NCBI GenBank assembly: GCA_963796955.1
Contig: CAWCNJ010000004.1
Location: 320,001-384,000 of the forward strand
DNA length: 64,000 nucleotides
Source of the DNA: Endomicrobiales bacterium
Lineage (GTDB): Bacteria; Elusimicrobiota; Endomicrobiia; Endomicrobiales; JALOBY01
Direction: 5' to 3'
The translations under genes were made by a program, and so were the position numbers. This document shows, in pieces, positions 38,905-48,691 of the stretch; position 1 is the stretch's first letter; each line of letters opens with the position of its first letter. A model generated the notes under the pieces. It ran no database searches and had not been told where the DNA came from. It saw nothing but the letters and a program-made list of their open reading frames with translations.

Positions 38905-39777
38905 ATGGCTATAGACAGGGCTAAATTCCTCCATCAGTTCCAGTTAGAGGTAAGCGAACATCTTTCTAATCTCTACCGCGGGCTTGTTCATCTTCAAAAT
39001 AATACGGCGGATATAAATTTGGTGAAATCCCTTATGATAGATGCGCATACTATCAGTGGGACTTCTTCTATGATGGGCTTGCAGGATATTGCAATGGTGG
39101 CGCGCAGCCTGGAAAACGGTTATATGAGAGTTTTTCAGCGTTCAGGTGAGATGACTGGCGCCCAGTTTGACGTATCATTCAGGGCGTTGCTCAGCATCTC
39201 TTCAGTAATGGATCAACTAAGCCGTTCTCCCGAGAGCCATTCTGAAGCCCTGGAACTCGGAGCTCTGAGCAGAATGATCAATGATGTCTTCATCGATACT
39301 TCTGAACCCTTAGCCCAAGATATAAATCGCCGCGCAGACGTTGTGCGGTCTGGCAGGCGTTGCTCTCCAGCCCGGACAATAGCGGTGCTTATAGTTGATG
39401 ACGCGCCGGTGATCACTTCCTTTGGAAGGGAAGTATTGGAGGCTGGTGGATACAAAGTATTCGTCGCATGTGACGGTGAAGAGGCCATGCATTTGCTGGA
39501 GCATCTTCATTTCGATCTCATAGTCACTGATGTTTCTATGCCGCGGATGGATGGAATAACTCTAACCCGAAGGGTAAAGCAGGATGGCCGCTTTAAACAC
39601 ATCCCGGTCGTTATCATGTCGACACGCTCATCGCTGCAAGAAGTTCAGTACGGCCAGGATGCCGGCGCCGACGCGTACATGGCTAAAAAAGATTTTACCA
39701 TAGAAAAACTTTTGAATGTTGTATATTCCCTTACTCACAAGGAGCCGTGCAATGAACAAAAAAATTCTGGTTGCTGA
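38905..39777 (+). CDS. Hpt-receiver fusion protein (CheA P1-like plus REC)
   Basis: AHTISGTSSMMG Hpt motif; REC VDD...TDVSMPRMDG...GADAYMAK. Confidence 0.85.
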   Translation: MAIDRAKFLHQFQLEVSEHLSNLYRGLVHLQNNTADINLVKSLMIDAHTISGTSSMMGLQDIAMVARSLENGYMRVFQRSGEMTGAQFDVSFRALLSISSVMDQLSRSPESHSEALELGALSRMINDVFIDTSEPLAQDINRRADVVRSGRRCSPARTIAVLIVDDAPVITSFGREVLEAGGYKVFVACDGEEAMHLLEHLHFDLIVTDVSMPRMDGITLTRRVKQDGRFKHIPVVIMSTRSSLQEVQYGQDAGADAYMAKKDFTIEKLLNVVYSLTHKEPCNEQKNSGC

Positions 39778-41317
39778 CGACAGCGCGACGGCGCGAAGCC
39801 TGGTGGCCTCATTATTAAGGGAGCAGGGGTATCAGGTAATAGAGGCTGAAGACGGCCTTGAAGCGGTTAAACAGGCGTATCAAACCTATCCTGACCTGAT
39901 AGTTCTGGATATATACATGCCCAAAATTAACGGTTATCAGGTGTGTAGAATGTTAAAAAATGATGAACTTACAAAAGACATACCAGTTCTGATGCTAACT
40001 AGCGCTGCGTCCAGGGAAAACAGGTTCTGGAGCCTGCGAACGGGTGCAGACAAGTTTGTTACAAAAACTGATGAATCACTGAATGCACTTGGATCGGTGG
40101 TGGGTGAAATGCTGGCGGCAACCATATCTCGGAAGTTTACGAAGGAACACGTGGCGAAAGTGGTTCCCTCGGACCCGTCCGAGATCTTTGAGAAGCTGGC
40201 AGGCCTGCTGGATAAGGAATTGTACACGGCAACCCTGGATAAAATGAAATTGGAAATAATTCTACAGGGCATCGGCGACGGGTTGTTCAGTATTAACCGT
40301 GAAGGCGGGGTCACTGAATTCAACGCGGCTATGGAAACGCTCACCGGCATTGCCAGGGCACAGGCGCTCGGAAAGAATGCCCGCGAATTGTTTAAAGACA
40401 CTCTTTGCTCGGAGTCATGCCTGTTCGATGAGGCGTTTAACACCAGAACTGATATTGTTGACCGCGAGCGGTCTCTTTCAGTGCCAGGGTGTAATGAAAC
40501 AATACCGGTTGTTGTAAGCGTCTCCCTGATAAAAGAGGATCAGGATAAGATAGAAGGCGCCATCTGCGTTATCAGGGATATCTCAAAAACGAAGGCTGCG
40601 GAAAGGATGAAGGAAGACTTTGTTTCAATGCTTACGCATGAATTGCGCAGCCCGATCGCCATTGTCATAGAAGCCATTGATGTTGTGTTATTCATGGGTC
40701 AGCTTACTGAGGCCCAGAAAAAATACTGTCAGATGGCAAAAGATCGCGCGAGCGGCCTTCTGGGGCTTGTCAACAACCTGCTTGATATTTCGAAAATGGA
40801 GTCAGATGTTCCGGTGCTGAACATTGCAGCGACAGATATAGCGAATGTGGCATCCAAGTGTATATTGGAAATGAACATACTAGCCAACGAGAAGGGTATC
40901 ACAGTGCTTTCCGATGGTATGGAACAACCGGTAATGGTGCCCGCGGATGCATCGCGTATTGAACAGGTGTTTATTAATCTTCTATCGAACGCCATAAAAT
41001 TCACTCCTGAGCAGGGAACTATTACCGTACGCATTAAGGACGGCCCTCAGATGGTTGAATGCGCGGTTGTTGATACCGGCATGGGTATGAAGCCCGATGC
41101 CGTAAGCAAGATATTCGATAAATACCACCAGATACATGATACGTCCGTTCGTCAAAAAGGCGGCACTGGTCTTGGTCTTTCAGTAGTGAAAAGCATTATA
41201 CTGGCGCATAATGGCGTTGTGTGGGCAGAATCTGAAGCAGGAAAAGGCGCACGAATGCTATTTACCCTGCCGAAAACTCAGGGAAGCTCTGCGTGCCAGT
41301 TGCCAAAAAGGGTTTAA
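39752..41317 (+). CDS. Hybrid REC-PAS-histidine kinase (cytoplasmic)
   Basis: REC (ADD, LDIYMP), PAS, THELRSP, NLLSNAIKF, GGTGLGL. Confidence 0.92.
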   Translation: MNKKILVADDSATARSLVASLLREQGYQVIEAEDGLEAVKQAYQTYPDLIVLDIYMPKINGYQVCRMLKNDELTKDIPVLMLTSAASRENRFWSLRTGADKFVTKTDESLNALGSVVGEMLAATISRKFTKEHVAKVVPSDPSEIFEKLAGLLDKELYTATLDKMKLEIILQGIGDGLFSINREGGVTEFNAAMETLTGIARAQALGKNARELFKDTLCSESCLFDEAFNTRTDIVDRERSLSVPGCNETIPVVVSVSLIKEDQDKIEGAICVIRDISKTKAAERMKEDFVSMLTHELRSPIAIVIEAIDVVLFMGQLTEAQKKYCQMAKDRASGLLGLVNNLLDISKMESDVPVLNIAATDIANVASKCILEMNILANEKGITVLSDGMEQPVMVPADASRIEQVFINLLSNAIKFTPEQGTITVRIKDGPQMVECAVVDTGMGMKPDAVSKIFDKYHQIHDTSVRQKGGTGLGLSVVKSIILAHNGVVWAESEAGKGARMLFTLPKTQGSSACQLPKRV

Positions 41318-41359
41318 TGTGCTAATATCATTCCTGTTAGCTTACACCCTGTAAGCTAT

Positions 41360-41427
41360 TTTGCTCTTCCAGTCGAGGAAGGGCTACCCCGCGCCGCCAA
41401 CGGCCCGGGAATCCAAAAAAGGAGGTC
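41360..41427 (+). promoter_or_regulatory. Structured rpsF leader, candidate S6:S18 autoregulatory element
   Basis: TTGCTCTTCC could pair either with GGAAGGGC or with the AAGGAG RBS; position matches known S6:S18 leaders. Confidence 0.45.
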
Positions 41428-41430
41428 ATA

Positions 41431-41835
41431 ATGACCTACGAAAGCACATTTATCTGTTCCCCTGAAGTGCCGGCTGAAAAGCTGGAAGAGATCGTCGAAA
41501 AAGCCAAAAAGATCGTAGAGACCAACGAAGGCAAACTTACGCTTCTCCAGCAGCTGGGAAAAAAGAAGCTGGCATACCCTATCGCCAAACACCGCGAGGG
41601 CAGCTACGTCTATATGGAGATCACCGGCCCGGGCAAGATCGTGAACGCCCTGGAGACTTTTTACAAGGTCAACGAAGCCGTTATTCGTTCCCTGACCATA
41701 AAAGTTGAGAAGAAAAAGAAAGTAGTTAAAGAAGTGAAACCGGAAGAAGTAAAGCCGGAAGCTGCCGCGGCTCCCGCCGTGGAAGCAAAACCAGAGGAGA
41801 AGGCCGATGTCAACACAGAATCTGCGGCTTCCTGA
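41431..41835 (+). CDS. rpsF: 30S ribosomal protein S6
   Basis: YESTFI, GKKKLAYPI, VIRSL. Confidence 0.95.
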   Translation: MTYESTFICSPEVPAEKLEEIVEKAKKIVETNEGKLTLLQQLGKKKLAYPIAKHREGSYVYMEITGPGKIVNALETFYKVNEAVIRSLTIKVEKKKKVVKEVKPEEVKPEAAAAPAVEAKPEEKADVNTESAAS

Positions 41836-42268
41836 ACAGAACAGCATAACCCTTGTGGGACGCCTTACCCACGACCCTGAAGTGCGTTTTACGACAAAGG
41901 GACAGGCGGTCTGCCGTTTTTCCATAGCCGTTAACCGCCGCTACAAAGATCAGGCGGGTTCCTGGCAGGACGATACTTCTTTCGTTCCGGTAGTGGTCTG
42001 GGGCGATAGCGCCAACCGCTGCGGAGAACGCCTTAAAAAAGGTGGTCCGGTGCACGTGGAAGGACGTCTGCAAAGCCGCGCCTGGGAAACCAAGGAAGGC
42101 CAGAAACGCACGAGCCTGGAAGTCATCGCGCGCCGCGTGCAGTTCCTCTCCAAAACAGAGGGCACAGCGGATTCAGGCGCCGAAGCTTCAGAGGACGCGC
42201 CATCAGCGGCTCCTGCAGCGCCGGCAGCCTCAACCGACACAACCGACGAAGACGAAATACCGTTTTAA
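41807..42268 (+). CDS. ssb: Single-stranded DNA-binding protein
   Basis: LVGRLTHDPE, VEGRLQ, C-terminal DEIPF. Confidence 0.96.
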   Translation: MSTQNLRLPEQNSITLVGRLTHDPEVRFTTKGQAVCRFSIAVNRRYKDQAGSWQDDTSFVPVVVWGDSANRCGERLKKGGPVHVEGRLQSRAWETKEGQKRTSLEVIARRVQFLSKTEGTADSGAEASEDAPSAAPAAPAASTDTTDEDEIPF

Positions 42269-42293
42269 CTAAAATCAATCAAGGAGATATAAT

Positions 42294-42632
42294 ATGACAC
42301 CAACTGGTCCTTCATCTCATTCTCGTCCTTCAAGCGGTCCCGGCGGACGTCGCCCGGGTCCCGGCGGAGCGCGCCCCGCGGGCGGCCCCGGCGGAGCAGG
42401 CAGGCCGCGCCGTCCCGGCGGTATGATGGCAAAACGCAAAGTTTGCCGTTTCTGCGCCGACAAGCTGGACATAGATTATAAGAACATAAATATGCTTCGC
42501 ACATTCATAACCGAACGCGGCAAGATAGTTTCAGGCCGTGTAACAGGCACCTGCGCGAAGCATCAGCGCGGACTTGGTGAAGCCATTAAACGGGCGCGCA
42601 TGCTTGCATTGCTGCCCTTCGCCGTAATATAA
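42294..42632 (+). CDS. rpsR: 30S ribosomal protein S18 (Zn-binding form) with Gly/Pro/Arg-rich N-extension
   Basis: CRFC, IDYKN, ITERGKI, CAKHQR, LLPF. Confidence 0.96.
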   Translation: MTPTGPSSHSRPSSGPGGRRPGPGGARPAGGPGGAGRPRRPGGMMAKRKVCRFCADKLDIDYKNINMLRTFITERGKIVSGRVTGTCAKHQRGLGEAIKRARMLALLPFAVI

Positions 42633-42650
42633 TCGGAGGTTCTATATAAA

Positions 42651-43151
42651 ATGAAAGTTATTCTTCGTGGAGATATCAAAAGCGTAGGACGCCTTGGCGA
42701 AATTAAATCAGTAGCCGACGGCTTCGCGCGTAATTACCTGCTGCCCAGAGAGCTGGTCTGGGAAGCGACCCCCGGCAACATGAAACGCTGGGAAAAAGAA
42801 AAGTCTAAGTTCGAAAAAGAACAGGAAAAACAGCTGGCTGCCGCAAAGATCCTCGCGGAGCAGATCGAAAAGACCGCTATCACCTTGTCAGTTAACGTCG
42901 GTGAGAACGGCAAGCTTTTCGGCGCCGTGACCAGCCTTGACATAGTTAAGGCCTTCGCGGAAAAATCCGTAAAAGTATTGAAGCAGGATGTGGTAATGGA
43001 GCCTATCCGTGAAGTTGGCGCCTATACCGTGGAGATCCGCCTGCACCACGATATTACGGCCAAACCGAAGGTTTGGATAGTTTCCAAGAAAGACAAAAAT
43101 AAGCACGAAACGGCCGAGACGGAAGAAACCGAAGAAGCCGCCAAGGAATAG
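42651..43151 (+). CDS. rplI: 50S ribosomal protein L9
   Basis: MKVIL, VADGFARNYLLP, GKLFGAVT. Confidence 0.96.
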   Translation: MKVILRGDIKSVGRLGEIKSVADGFARNYLLPRELVWEATPGNMKRWEKEKSKFEKEQEKQLAAAKILAEQIEKTAITLSVNVGENGKLFGAVTSLDIVKAFAEKSVKVLKQDVVMEPIREVGAYTVEIRLHHDITAKPKVWIVSKKDKNKHETAETEETEEAAKE

Positions 43152-43162
43152 TAAGCTCTGAC

Positions 43163-43210
43163 AAAAGAAGGCAGTGGATATGCAGTTCCTGTGTAGCACT
43201 GCCTTCTTTT
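43163..43210 (+). terminator. Intrinsic terminator-like hairpin after rplI
   Basis: AAAAGAAGGCAGTG...CACTGCCTTCTTTT. Confidence 0.75.
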
Positions 43211-43234
43211 ATATAGCCGCACCCCGGGATACTT

Positions 43235-44587
43235 ATGGCAGAACTTATTGATAAGATTCCACCCCGTTCGCTGGACGCGGAAATGGCCGTTCTCGGTTCT
43301 ATGCTTATCGAGAAAGAGGCCATCATAAAAGTTGTGGATCTTATAAAAGACACCGACTTTTATACCGACGCCCACCGTTATATATTTCGCGCCATACGCG
43401 ATATGTATATAAACAATGCTCCTGTTGATGCCATAACGATCTCTGATGAGATGAAAACGCGCCAGCTGCTGGAAGCCGTCGGCGGCGCCGCCTACCTTAC
43501 TTCCCTTATCCATTCCGTAGCTACCGCCGCCAACGTGGAACATTACGCCGGCATAGTCCGTGAAAAATCAATTTTGCGCCAGCTGATAATTACCGGCACC
43601 GATATGGTGACCGCTGCCTATAACGAGAAGAATTCCCCCGAAGAGATACTGGATAAATCCGAGGCGATGCTGTATAACGTTTCGGAGCGCAATGCCTCAA
43701 AAGGCTTTTCTTCAGTGCCGGATATGATACATTCGACATTGGAATTTATCGAGAAAGTCCATAAAGACAGAAAAGATATACCGGGCCTGCGCACCCATTT
43801 CGACGATCTTGATAATATGCTGGCAGGGCTTCAGCCGTCAGAACTTATCATTCTCGCCGCCCGCCCGTCAATGGGCAAAACATCTCTCGCGCTGAACATG
43901 GTGGAGAATGTCGCGCTGTATGAGAAAAAGCCGGTCGCCGTTTTTTCCCTTGAAATGTCAAAAGAAGCCTTAATGATGCGCCTGCTGTGCTCTACGGCAA
44001 AAGTTGATCTGCAAAAAGCCCGCCGCGGCTACATCGCCAATGTCTGGTCAGACCTTACCACGGCCGCGGGAAAACTCTCGGAAGCGCCGATATATATTGA
44101 CGACAGCTCAAGCCTGAGCGTGCTGGAACTGCGCGCCCGGGCCCGCCGTCTTGCCATGGAACTTAAAACCCAGGGCAAAGAACTTTCCATGATCATGATA
44201 GACTATATCCAACTGATGCGCGGCAGCGGTAATTCGGAATCGCGCCAGCAGGAAATATCTGAAATTTCCCGTTCCCTTAAAGGCCTCGCCAGGGACCTGA
44301 ACGTTCCCGTGGTCGCCCTTTCGCAGCTGTCGCGTAAAACCGAAGAGAAAGGCCGCGAAGGAAAACCAAAACTTTCCGACCTGCGCGAATCCGGCGCCAT
44401 CGAACAGGACGCCGACGTCGTTATGTTCATTTTCCGCGAAGGCTATTATAAACCCGAAGATCCGGACCTCGCCAAACTCGCGACTATCATCGTCGCCAAA
44501 CAACGTAACGGCCCGACGGGAGATGTGAATGTGGCCTTCCTGAGGGAATTCACCCGATTCGAGAACCTGGAGCGCCGCCCGACCTAG
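43235..44587 (+). CDS. dnaB: Replicative DNA helicase
   Basis: AARPSMGKT, FSLEM, IDYIQL, SDLRESGAIEQDAD. Confidence 0.97.
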   Translation: MAELIDKIPPRSLDAEMAVLGSMLIEKEAIIKVVDLIKDTDFYTDAHRYIFRAIRDMYINNAPVDAITISDEMKTRQLLEAVGGAAYLTSLIHSVATAANVEHYAGIVREKSILRQLIITGTDMVTAAYNEKNSPEEILDKSEAMLYNVSERNASKGFSSVPDMIHSTLEFIEKVHKDRKDIPGLRTHFDDLDNMLAGLQPSELIILAARPSMGKTSLALNMVENVALYEKKPVAVFSLEMSKEALMMRLLCSTAKVDLQKARRGYIANVWSDLTTAAGKLSEAPIYIDDSSSLSVLELRARARRLAMELKTQGKELSMIMIDYIQLMRGSGNSESRQQEISEISRSLKGLARDLNVPVVALSQLSRKTEEKGREGKPKLSDLRESGAIEQDADVVMFIFREGYYKPEDPDLAKLATIIVAKQRNGPTGDVNVAFLREFTRFENLERRPT

Positions 44588-44602
44588 TATGGGGAAAATC
44601 AT

Positions 44603-45787
44603 ATGAAAAAAGCTGTGCCTGCCATGAATGAAGGGCGCATATCGTCTTGGAAGTGCCGCTGTGACGAGACGGCTTTTTATCGCCCGACATGGGCGGAGAT
44701 CAACACTACCGCTTTCAATCATAACCTTTCTTTTATTAAATCCCGGCTGCATTCAAAAACTAAAATTCTTGCCGTTGTAAAAGCCAACGCCTACGGGCAC
44801 ATGGTGGTGCCGATAGCGCGCCTGGCCGAGAAGGCCGGTGTGGCTATGCTCGGCGTTGCCTCCATCGAAGAAGGTATTTATCTGCGCGAGCACGGCATTA
44901 AGATGCCGATACTGATACTGGGCAGCATTTACCCGCTGGATAATCTGGCGGTAGTGGTGAAACATAACCTTATTCCGTCTATCTCCAGCGCGCAGGGTGT
45001 TATAGAGCTTATGCGGCTTGGTTCCCGTCTTAAAAAAACTCTGCAGTTCCATCTCAAAGTTGATACCGGCATGGGACGCATCGGCATTTTGCCGCAATCG
45101 GCGCTGACCCTGCTTAAAAAGATCGCCGGACGCAGGGAAATTTCCATGTCGGGAATGTATACTCATTTTTCCGAGGCCGACTCTGATCCTGCATATACAC
45201 GCCTACAGTTCTCCAAATTTATGGAAGTGGTAAAAACAGCGCGCAAACTGGGAATAAATTTTACGGCCCACTGCGCCAACTCTGCGGCGCTGCTTAAATA
45301 TCCGGAGATGCAGCTGGATATGGTACGCCCCGGCATAGCGCTTTACGGCCTTTCGCCCTGGCAGAAAATAGATAAAAAGATTGATCTTAGCCCCGTGCTC
45401 ACATGGAAATCGGCGGTAGTTTACCTGAAAAATGTGAATAAGGGAACTCCCATTAGCTACGGCCGCACTTTTACCGCGAGAAAGCCGATGACAGTGGCGA
45501 CCCTGCCCGTCGGCTACGCGGACGGTTATCCGCGTTCGTTGTCCAATAGGTCCGAAGTGCTGATCAGGGGGCGCAAGTGCCGCGTGCTCGGCCGCGTGAC
45601 CATGGATATGATGATAGTGGATGTTACGCGCGTTCCAAACCCCGCCATAGGCGATGAAGTCGTTCTGGTCGGCACGCAGGGCAAGGAACGCATACGCGTA
45701 GAAGACCTTGCCGCAATCGCCGGTACCATAAGCTATGAAATAACGTGCGGTATAAGCCACCGCGTGCCAAGGATCGAGACAAAATGA
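44603..45787 (+). CDS. alr: Alanine racemase
   Basis: AVVKANAYGH, KVDTGMGR, GYADGY, GRVTMD. Confidence 0.96.
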   Translation: MKKAVPAMNEGRISSWKCRCDETAFYRPTWAEINTTAFNHNLSFIKSRLHSKTKILAVVKANAYGHMVVPIARLAEKAGVAMLGVASIEEGIYLREHGIKMPILILGSIYPLDNLAVVVKHNLIPSISSAQGVIELMRLGSRLKKTLQFHLKVDTGMGRIGILPQSALTLLKKIAGRREISMSGMYTHFSEADSDPAYTRLQFSKFMEVVKTARKLGINFTAHCANSAALLKYPEMQLDMVRPGIALYGLSPWQKIDKKIDLSPVLTWKSAVVYLKNVNKGTPISYGRTFTARKPMTVATLPVGYADGYPRSLSNRSEVLIRGRKCRVLGRVTMDMMIVDVTRVPNPAIGDEVVLVGTQGKERIRVEDLAAIAGTISYEITCGISHRVPRIETK

Positions 45788-46578
45788 TCCTGAGTTCCTT
45801 AGAGTTCATAGGAAAAAAATCGTCCGATATTGCGACCAGCGTGGGAAAGTTCACGACGCTGGTGACAGAAACTTTCTACTGGGTTTTGCGCGGCAGGATA
45901 AATGTAAGGAACACGGTCATCCAGATGGTGAAGGTGGGCTGGGATTCCATGCCGGTGATCTGCCTGACCTCTTTTTTTACGGGCATGGTGCTGGCACTGC
46001 AGGCCGGTTCCTCTACCAGAAATGTTTTCAACGAGCCGGTGTATGTCGGTACGCTGGTAGGTTTTTCTCTGGTCAAGGAACTGGGTCCGGTTATGACGGC
46101 AATAGTACTTTCCGGCAGAATGGGCGCTGCTATCGCCGCCGAGCTTGGCACTATGAAGGTAACCGAGCAATTGGACGCTTTAAGGACCCTCGGCACGAAC
46201 CCGGTTAAATATCTTGCGGTGCCCAGATTTCTGGCTTTTATCACGATGATGCCGTTACTTGGCGTGCTCTCAAATGTGGTCGGCATCGCGGGCGGTATGC
46301 TGGTGGCTTCTTCAGTCTTGAACGTGCCCACAACGGTCTTCTGGGAAGATATTATAACGTTCATGGACACCGGTGACTTTTTTCACGGCTTTATTAAAAC
46401 GGTCGTCTATGCCGCGATAATCGTTTTTATTTCCTGCTACAAGGGGTTTGAGTGCGAGGGCGGTGCCGAGGGTGTCGGGAAGGCTACAACCGATGCCGTG
46501 ATGGTTTCTATGATACTGATACTGGTATCGGATTACTTCCTGACGGCAACGCTACGGGGCATTGGTATCGGCGGATGA
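45784..46578 (+). CDS. mlaE: MlaE lipid ABC permease
   Basis: KELGPV, AAELGTMKVTEQLDAL, GAEGVGKATT. Confidence 0.93.
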   Translation: MILSSLEFIGKKSSDIATSVGKFTTLVTETFYWVLRGRINVRNTVIQMVKVGWDSMPVICLTSFFTGMVLALQAGSSTRNVFNEPVYVGTLVGFSLVKELGPVMTAIVLSGRMGAAIAAELGTMKVTEQLDALRTLGTNPVKYLAVPRFLAFITMMPLLGVLSNVVGIAGGMLVASSVLNVPTTVFWEDIITFMDTGDFFHGFIKTVVYAAIIVFISCYKGFECEGGAEGVGKATTDAVMVSMILILVSDYFLTATLRGIGIGG

Positions 46579-47339
46579 TAAGTATCGTAGATCTCCATAA
46601 GAGTTTCGGTGATAACCATGTGCTGAGAGGCACCAACCTGGAGATCCAGGACGGCGAAACGGTCGCTATTATCGGTGGTTCCGGTACCGGCAAAAGCATA
46701 TTGCTGAAAAACATCATCGGCCTGGTGAAACCCGATTCCGGGCAGGTTTGCATAGACGGCAATGAAGTGACGTGTATGGACGACCGTGAATTATTATCCG
46801 TACAGAAGAACATCGGCTATTTGTTCCAGGACGCAGCGTTGTTCGATTCCCTTACTATCGAAGAGAATGTCGCCTTTGGCCTGCGTACCGTTGATAAAAT
46901 GAAAGATGAGAGAAAGATACGCGACCGGGTGAATGACTGTCTGGCGATGGTGGGTTTGAAAGGCGTCAATAAGCAGCTGCCGGGCGAACTTTCAGGCGGC
47001 ATGCGGAAACGCGCCGGCCTTGCCCGCGCGATAGCCTACAAGCCTAAATATCTTTTGTACGATGAGCCGACGACCGGCCTTGATCCCATTATGTCGGACG
47101 TGATCAACGACTTGATCTTGCGGATGCAAAAGCAGATAAATGTTACATCGATAGTCGTATCCCATGATATGAAGTCCGCCTACAAAATATCGAACCGCAT
47201 AGCAATGTTGTACAAAGGCACCATTATCGAGATCGGTACACCCGATGAGATAAAGCATTCGAAAAATCCGGTCGTCCATCAATTTGTGGAAGGGTTAAGC
47301 GAAGGACCCATTACCTTAGATCTTGAAAAGAGCAATTAG
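46575..47339 (+). CDS. mlaF: MlaF ABC ATPase
   Basis: GGSGTGKS, FQDAALFDS, LSGGMRKR, YDEPTTGLDP. Confidence 0.93.
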   Translation: MISIVDLHKSFGDNHVLRGTNLEIQDGETVAIIGGSGTGKSILLKNIIGLVKPDSGQVCIDGNEVTCMDDRELLSVQKNIGYLFQDAALFDSLTIEENVAFGLRTVDKMKDERKIRDRVNDCLAMVGLKGVNKQLPGELSGGMRKRAGLARAIAYKPKYLLYDEPTTGLDPIMSDVINDLILRMQKQINVTSIVVSHDMKSAYKISNRIAMLYKGTIIEIGTPDEIKHSKNPVVHQFVEGLSEGPITLDLEKSN

Positions 47340-47351
47340 GAGACCGTATCT

Positions 47352-48677
47352 ATGAACCGTGAAACGAAACTGGGGATGTTCGTGCTGATGGGACTGGCGC
47401 TGCTGGTTGCCAGTATCATGCTGCTGGGCGACTTTCATATACGGCGTTCATACGAGATCTCCGTGAGCTTTAATGACGTTTCAGGGTTGCCGGATAAAGC
47501 AAAAGTGAAAATAGCCGGTGTGGTCGTCGGATCGGTCAGAAAGATAGTTTTGCAGGGTGATAAAGCGATCGCATACGTGAGGATAAACGCCGGGGTGCGC
47601 GTTCACAGGGACACAAAACCCTGCATTGTTTCAACCGGTATTATCGGCTCAAAATATTTGCAGTTGACGGCCGGAACCGACCAGGCACCTTTGCTTGAAG
47701 AAGGTGACGCTATATCCGGCGAAGAATGCGTTTCTCTTGAGCAGATGGCCTCAAATCTGGTTAAAAAAGTTGATGAGTTATTTTCTTCTTTCAAAGGTAA
47801 AGAGGGGCAGGGCAGCCTGGGCGAGAATCTTGGCGACACGGTTGCCAACCTTAAGGCTGTTTCGAGAACGCTTAAAGTTGCCATCGGCGACCAGGAAGAA
47901 AAGATCCGCAGGATAGTGAACAATATCGACGACTTCACCGCTGATGTCGCGGAGATGACCGCAGAGAATAAGCAGGATATCCGTGATGCCGTCGCCAACA
48001 TTAAAGAGCTGAGCGCCAAGATGGACCGCGTGATGACGAAGGTGGATAAAGGGGAGGGCACGATCGGCAAGCTGCTATCCGACGAAAAAATGGGTAACGA
48101 CCTGAAAGACACCTTTGCTGACGTGAAAGAGACCGCGAAAGAGGCCAAACGCGTGCTGAAACGCATCAATTATATAGAGACCAGCTGGGACTATACCCAG
48201 CGCTATGACAGCACATACAGCACTTTTCGTTCTGACGCAGGGCTTCTTATCAATCCCCGTCCTGACAAATTTTATTATGTAGGCGCCTCGAATGTTGGTG
48301 ACAGTACGAATTCGACGGACATAGAAAAGATGAATACGATCAACTTTTTAATAGGAAAAAATCTGGGACCGGTAACGGCCTACGCCGGGGTGATCCGTTC
48401 CAAAGGCGGCCTTGGCGTGGTGATCCGCCCACTATGGCATTGGGAGCCGTGGCGCAAACTTGAAATTACAGGTCAGTCGTATGATTTCTCAAGGACCACC
48501 CCGAACAAGCCTGTCGTTACCGCTGGCGCGCGGGTGCAGTTGACCAGGTGGGTCGCTATCGGTTCACAGGTAGAAGATATGAGCAACCGGGCGAATGTGA
48601 ACAGCTATATAAACTTTACCGTCCGCGACGACGACCTTGGGTATGTTCTCGGCCTAGTAGGCCTTGCCAGGCCGTAG
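47352..48677 (+). CDS. mlaD: Long MlaD/MCE protein with helical stalk and beta-rich C-terminus
   Basis: N-terminal TM, MCE motif GL...AKVKIAGV.VG.V, GTIGKLL, about 170-aa beta-strand-like tail. Confidence 0.88.
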   Translation: MNRETKLGMFVLMGLALLVASIMLLGDFHIRRSYEISVSFNDVSGLPDKAKVKIAGVVVGSVRKIVLQGDKAIAYVRINAGVRVHRDTKPCIVSTGIIGSKYLQLTAGTDQAPLLEEGDAISGEECVSLEQMASNLVKKVDELFSSFKGKEGQGSLGENLGDTVANLKAVSRTLKVAIGDQEEKIRRIVNNIDDFTADVAEMTAENKQDIRDAVANIKELSAKMDRVMTKVDKGEGTIGKLLSDEKMGNDLKDTFADVKETAKEAKRVLKRINYIETSWDYTQRYDSTYSTFRSDAGLLINPRPDKFYYVGASNVGDSTNSTDIEKMNTINFLIGKNLGPVTAYAGVIRSKGGLGVVIRPLWHWEPWRKLEITGQSYDFSRTTPNKPVVTAGARVQLTRWVAIGSQVEDMSNRANVNSYINFTVRDDDLGYVLGLVGLARP

Positions 48678-48691
48678 CGTCCCAGGAAATC

